In this document: positions 59,364 to 64,000 of the stretch, piece after piece | Position numbering within the stretch: position 1 is the stretch's first letter | Layout: each line of letters starts with the position of its first letter | NCBI GenBank assembly: GCA_030704615.1 | Contig: CM060732.1 | Coordinates: forward strand, 39,060,001 to 39,124,000 | Source: Takakia lepidozioides | Taxonomy: Eukaryota > Plantae > Bryophyta | DNA: 64,000 nt | Direction of reading: 5' to 3' | Program-made: the position numbers and the translations under genes | The notes under the pieces: generated by a model | Databases searched by the model: none | The model's input: only the letters and a program-made list of their open reading frames with translations | What the model was told of the DNA's origin: nothing

Positions 59364-62300
59364 ATGTCAGGGTTCCAGATGCCTGGATACGGAATGCAGT
59401 CGATGCTGAAAGAGGGCCACAAGCTTATGTCCGGGCTGGATGAGGCTGTTCTGAAGAACATCGAAGCTTGCATGCAGCTGTCTAAGATCACCTCTACCTC
59501 GCTCGGTCCCAATGGTGAGGCTCTCATCATGCTGGAGACAAAGAGAGACGGATAGAGAGAGAAATAATTCTATTATCTTGGCGGGATCCAGTAGACCCAC
59601 GAAAAACAAAAAGTAGAACAGTAGAGAGAGATGCCATCAATGCCAAGGAAATTTGGAATCACCTACCCGTGCTGTCAGTAAAGAAGCTGCACTAGCTCTC
59701 TATCTCTTTGGTGCTAGGTTTTTGGCTTCAATGCTGGAAATTGTGACCTAAGCTTGTGATTGTCTTACAATGACAAAGTGGTATGGTGCTGGATTTGGCA
59801 GGGATGAACAAGATGGTGATCAATCATTTGGACAAGCTATTTGTGACTAATGATGCTGGCACTATTATTGCGGAACTTGAGGTTCAACACCCGGCCGCGA
59901 AGCTGCTGGTCATGGCCGCAAAGGCGCAGCAAGAGGAGATTGGAGATGGAGCCAACTTTCTCATCTCCTTTGCTGGCCAACTGCTTCATGGTGCAGAGCA
60001 ACTCATTAGAACTGGTCTGCATCCGAGCGAGATAATTGGCGGCTACACGAAGGCCAGCAAGAAGGTCAGGGTTTTGGCCGTCTGTGTCAATCTGGTCATT
60101 TGCCCTAAGTTCAGGGTTTTGGAAATGCGATGAGCCGCAAAGAAGTGTGAGGAAAATGTTTATTTTCTTGGGGTTTATTCTGTTCAGAATTTCTTTGGTG
60201 CGCACCCACTTCATCTACTTGTATTTGGGTTTTGTTCTTTCAAATATCTGACGTGACATAATTGGGTTGAGGGCAGGCACTTGAGCTGCTTGATCAATTA
60301 GCTGAGCCAGGGTCAGAGACAATGGACGTCCGGAACAAGGACGAGGTGGTTGGTCGAATGGTGGCCGCTGTGGCCAGCAAGCAATATGGTCAGGAGGGAG
60401 TTATTTGTCCGCTAATTGCTGAGGCAAGATGTTCTCTCTCTCTCTCTCCTTCTCTCTCGCTCTCTCTAGCAAGACCGCTCAAACTGGGCGCGGGGTCAAT
60501 GGCCACAAGGCTACGGCAAACAACGTCTTATGAGTACAATCTCTAGCAAGACCGTCCCCTTGAACAGGCTATGTCCTGGTGAAAAAGGCTAGAAGAGATT
60601 TTCAAGTATCTGAAATTAGTCCAGAAGAATTGATCCTGCTGCGGGAAAGTAAGTTTACACCTGCAGCTGAGTTGCAGGGATAAGCTAAACCCTGGTGGGT
60701 GCAAACCCCACAAATGGCTCCAGGAGGGTGAGTTTCCTGCGGGGTCAATGGCCATAAGGCTATGGCTAATGTTGGAGGGAACAGCATGAGTACATTCTCT
60801 CTCTCTTTCAAGGGTACATTCTCTCTCAACAGTTTGATAACTAGTGGACGTAGTCATGAAATTATTCTCATGCTTCAGTTTCCCGTATGGAGTGTGCAAG
60901 GCCCACAGTTTGGGCTGAGTCTCATAGACCCCAGTCATTTGCGGGGATTGTCGAGCTAAGGTTATCATATTGTAACACAAGATCACAGGTTTTAACAACA
61001 ATATTGCATATATACTTCACTTGAGCAAGGGTATGACCTGCTGTATTTGTTCTATCTTCTGCATATTTCCTTGGCAAATATCCAAGTATACTACTAAGCA
61101 TTCACATATACCTATACATATACAGTCTCTTGATTATTTCAGTATGATTAGTAAAATTTACAGCAATATTCATTGTTAAGACGGGTTTTCAGATGAAATG
61201 GTTCTGTGAAAGAGATATTGGAAGCCCTATAAGAATTTAGTACATGCTTGCAAGTACTTCCGTTTGAGATACAGTTTTTTGGGTGGCAGGCCTGCATTCA
61301 GGTGTGCCCTAAAAACCCGGCAGATTTTAATGTTGACAATGTGCGCGTTGCTAAAATTCTTGGAGGGGGAATCAACGATTGCAGTGTGGTGCGAGGCATG
61401 GTTCTCAAGAGTGAGGCCATGGGCACTGTAAAAAAAGCTCAGAAGGCCAAGGTATTTTTCTTCAATCTTTTCTGATATTGGATAGTGAAATTATTTATGC
61501 AGGAAAAGGATAGAGACAGAAAAGGGAGAGGCAAATAGAGAAAGTGCTCTGATCCTTGGCTTCTTGGGCAGATTGCTGTGTTTGGCGCAGGGGTGGACAC
61601 ATCAGCAACAGAAACAAAAGGCACTGTTTTGATCAACAGTGCTGACCAGGTCAAAAGCTCTTTCCAGTGAACTCTTTTTCAATAATGATTGCGCATAATC
61701 TCTGATTTACCTCTGCTGATATTTGAAGAAGCGAGTGAGATGAGGCAGCTGATTTTTCAAATATCTGGTGGATTTTTGGGGAAAAGTTTGTTGAAGTCTC
61801 TGCCTGCTGTGGCCTGTCTATGTCTGCCTGAGGTCCAGAAGATATGTAGGCAAATAGGAGTGACCAAAGATATGATGCTTTGAGATTGAGAGTTTCAGGG
61901 TCATGTGGGGATACAGTTGGAAAATTATGCAAAGACTGAGGAGGCCAAAATCGAGGAGCTGATCAAAGCAGTAGCAGCATCAGGAGCTTCAGTCATAGTA
62001 AGTGGAGGTGCGGTTGGCGAGATGGCTCAACATTTTTGTGAGCGTTACAAGTATGTAGGCATACACTTCTCTCGTTTGCTTGAATGACAAGAAAGTTTCT
62101 GGGATAGGGATAGAGATGGGGTCCTTTTATCTGCTCTGTGTGGTTGCCAGTTATGACTACGGGAGGTTGGTAATGTGATGGCAATGGAGAAGGCTGTGGA
62201 GGCAGCTTTGAGGTAGGTTAAGGGAAGATTTGTTTGTGTGTGGATGGGAGAGGAAGAGAACTTCAGCAAGTTTGAAGGAAGGGCAAGTTTTTTCATGCAG

Positions 62301-64000
62301 TTCGTCCAATTACAACTTGAGAAGGTCTGGAGCCTGGTTTGTTTGTGTAATGTTCCCACTAACTATCTCCATATCTACACATGCTCAACTCTATTTTTTC
62401 CCTGACAGGTTGATGGTGATAAAGATATCTTCCAAATTTGAGCTTCGTAGATTCTGTCGCACGACAGGTGCCGTGTCGTTGGTAATTCTCTGCACTCTCA
62501 AGAGTTGTCAACTTACTGCTCTGGTTGGAATAAGCTTACCACTTATCAGACAGTTTTGGGTGAATCATGGCGAGTCATGGATGGAAAATAGAAACGGTAA
62601 GAGCTGAAAATTGCTCACGTTGCTACTGTTGTTATGCAGGTAAAGTTGGCGCAACCGTCGGCTGATGAGCTAGGATATGCTGATTCTGTTTCTGTTGACG
62701 AGATTGGAGGAACAAGGGTACTTTCTAAAAGAAACACTTTTTTTTTGCAAATGTTTGCTTCTCAAGTGAATTAAAAAAAACAATGAGAATTTTTAGCGAG
62801 TATTTTGAGAGTAAGCCATCTAATTTCTGCATCACCGTATATGCATTTGGACCTTACATTGTCTAGTGGTGTCTGGAGTCACTAAGGATCATCGGATGAG
62901 CTACAAAGGTTGCCCCAACCATTCAGCTTGTCTTCATAGGCATCAGCTAACTGATCTGTGTGCTGTGCAGGTAACAGTCGTGAAGAATGAAGAGAATGGA
63001 AATCTAGTCTCTACAGTCGTGATTCGAGGAAGCACAGAAAGCATATTGGACGATGTTGAGCGTGCTGTCGATGATGGGGTCAACACCTATAAGGTGAATG
63101 AAGAGACGAGCAATTGCTCCCATGCCTTTGCTATACCCCTGAACCCTTAGTCTTCAGGATTCAAGATACAGTTAGTAGGGCTTATACGAATCTGGTTACC
63201 AAACTAAGCTAGCAGTGGCGCACAGGTAATGAGGTTACAGATTAAGGGAGCATTGTTATGTCACCTGGGAAGCGTAGGGTTGGTTATTGCACTGCCAGTC
63301 ATAATGAAGTGAGAGAAGGTGAGCAGAAGGCTGACAGAGGGGTGTCTAAATGTGGTGAAACTGACGTTTACTTTGTTTTGTCGGTGAATACAGGCAATGT
63401 GCCGGGACAGTAGGATAGTTCCGGGAGCAGGAGCAACAGAAATTGAATTGGCAAAGAGATCTAAGGACCATGGTGCCAAGGAAACAGGGTACAAACCAAT
63501 CAACTCGTCTCCTGTGATAGGTTGTGCAACTATATCCACTGCTGCAAGCTAAACCTGTCTGAGAGGTGGAGTGCTGAAATCAGTTGATGGTTGATATGTC
63601 GTAGGTTCCATTTGCACTTCATTGTCCATAAGATCATTCTCCCTCTTCCTTGGGAAGGCGGGGGCATGTGCAGCCACAACTGTTATCGTTCTGAAGCTGT
63701 CTTAAGAATCAACCCATTGGTTGATTATTTTGGGCCCCCAGGTCCTTGGGATGATCCACAATTGGCAGGTTAGGAGTATGTGAAGAATCTGGTATCATGT
63801 TGGAGACCCTTACGTTTTTATGTTGGATGTTACAGGCTAGATCAATATGCCATTGAGAAATTTGCTGACAGCCTTGAAGTAGTCCCGCGAATTCTGGCTG
63901 AGAATGCTGGTCTGAATATGACAGACATGATCGCTTCTCTCCGGGCTGCCCATGACTCTGGCAACTCAAAAGTGGGGGTTGATATTGAAAAAGGCGTGTG
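59364..64000 (+). CDS. CCT8: T-complex protein 1 subunit theta (chaperonin CCT8); 3' end lies beyond the window
   Basis: Exons 59364-59514, 59802-60064, 60277-60423, 61290-61451, 61572-61649, 61917-62050, 62409-62481, 62640-62717, 62971-63093, 63394-63488 and 63836 to beyond 64000 splice in frame. Motifs: SLGPNGMNKMVINHL, VTNDA, EIGDGAN, DDVERAVDDGVN, PGAGATEIELA. Confidence 0.97.
60478..60539 (+). mobile_element. 62-bp retroposed copy of the LINE 3' end in CCT8 intron 3
   Basis: It is essentially identical to 56977-57037 and is flanked by a 15-bp TSD TCTCTAGCAAGACCG (60463-60477, 60540-60554). Confidence 0.9.

Overview
This is eukaryotic land-plant nuclear DNA, rich in transposons. Spliceosomal introns, a TIR-NB-LRR gene and a PLS-type PPR fragment support this, and a non-seed plant such as a bryophyte or lycophyte is plausible but not provable from the sequence. 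From left to right: (1) two related, nested Ty3/gypsy (Tat/Ogre-like) LTR retrotransposons on the minus strand, each with an extra ORF upstream of gag (1-10350). (2) A TIR-NB-ARC-LRR gene with about 55 LRRs, an unusual first exon (hydrophobic segment plus three 29-aa repeats), two 3' frameshifts and a post-LRR exon cut by the retroelement (10351-19291). (3) A mini TIR element (22545-23168). (4) A ~5.8 kb unit bounded by ~230-bp inverted repeats, carrying an intact, intronless, bacterial-type secreted GH105 hydrolase, a PPR remnant and a PGG-type membrane protein (23184-29004). (5) A ~9.4 kb Mutator-like element (about 29398-38770), which is the best candidate for an undescribed system. It has long TIRs containing telomere-like TTAGGG arrays and mirrored promoter/first-exon modules, a decayed SWIM-domain DDE transposase, a convergent C2H2 zinc-finger accessory gene, and a central inverted array of ACTACC-N8-GGTAGT dyads that the mini element also retains. 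(6) SINE and LINE remnants, palindromic satellites, a Harbinger transposase pseudogene, an SMC3 pseudogene interrupted by gypsy and LINE pieces, and an intact CCT8 gene running off the right end. Family assignments come from recalled motifs, not database searches, and element boundaries are approximate where stated.
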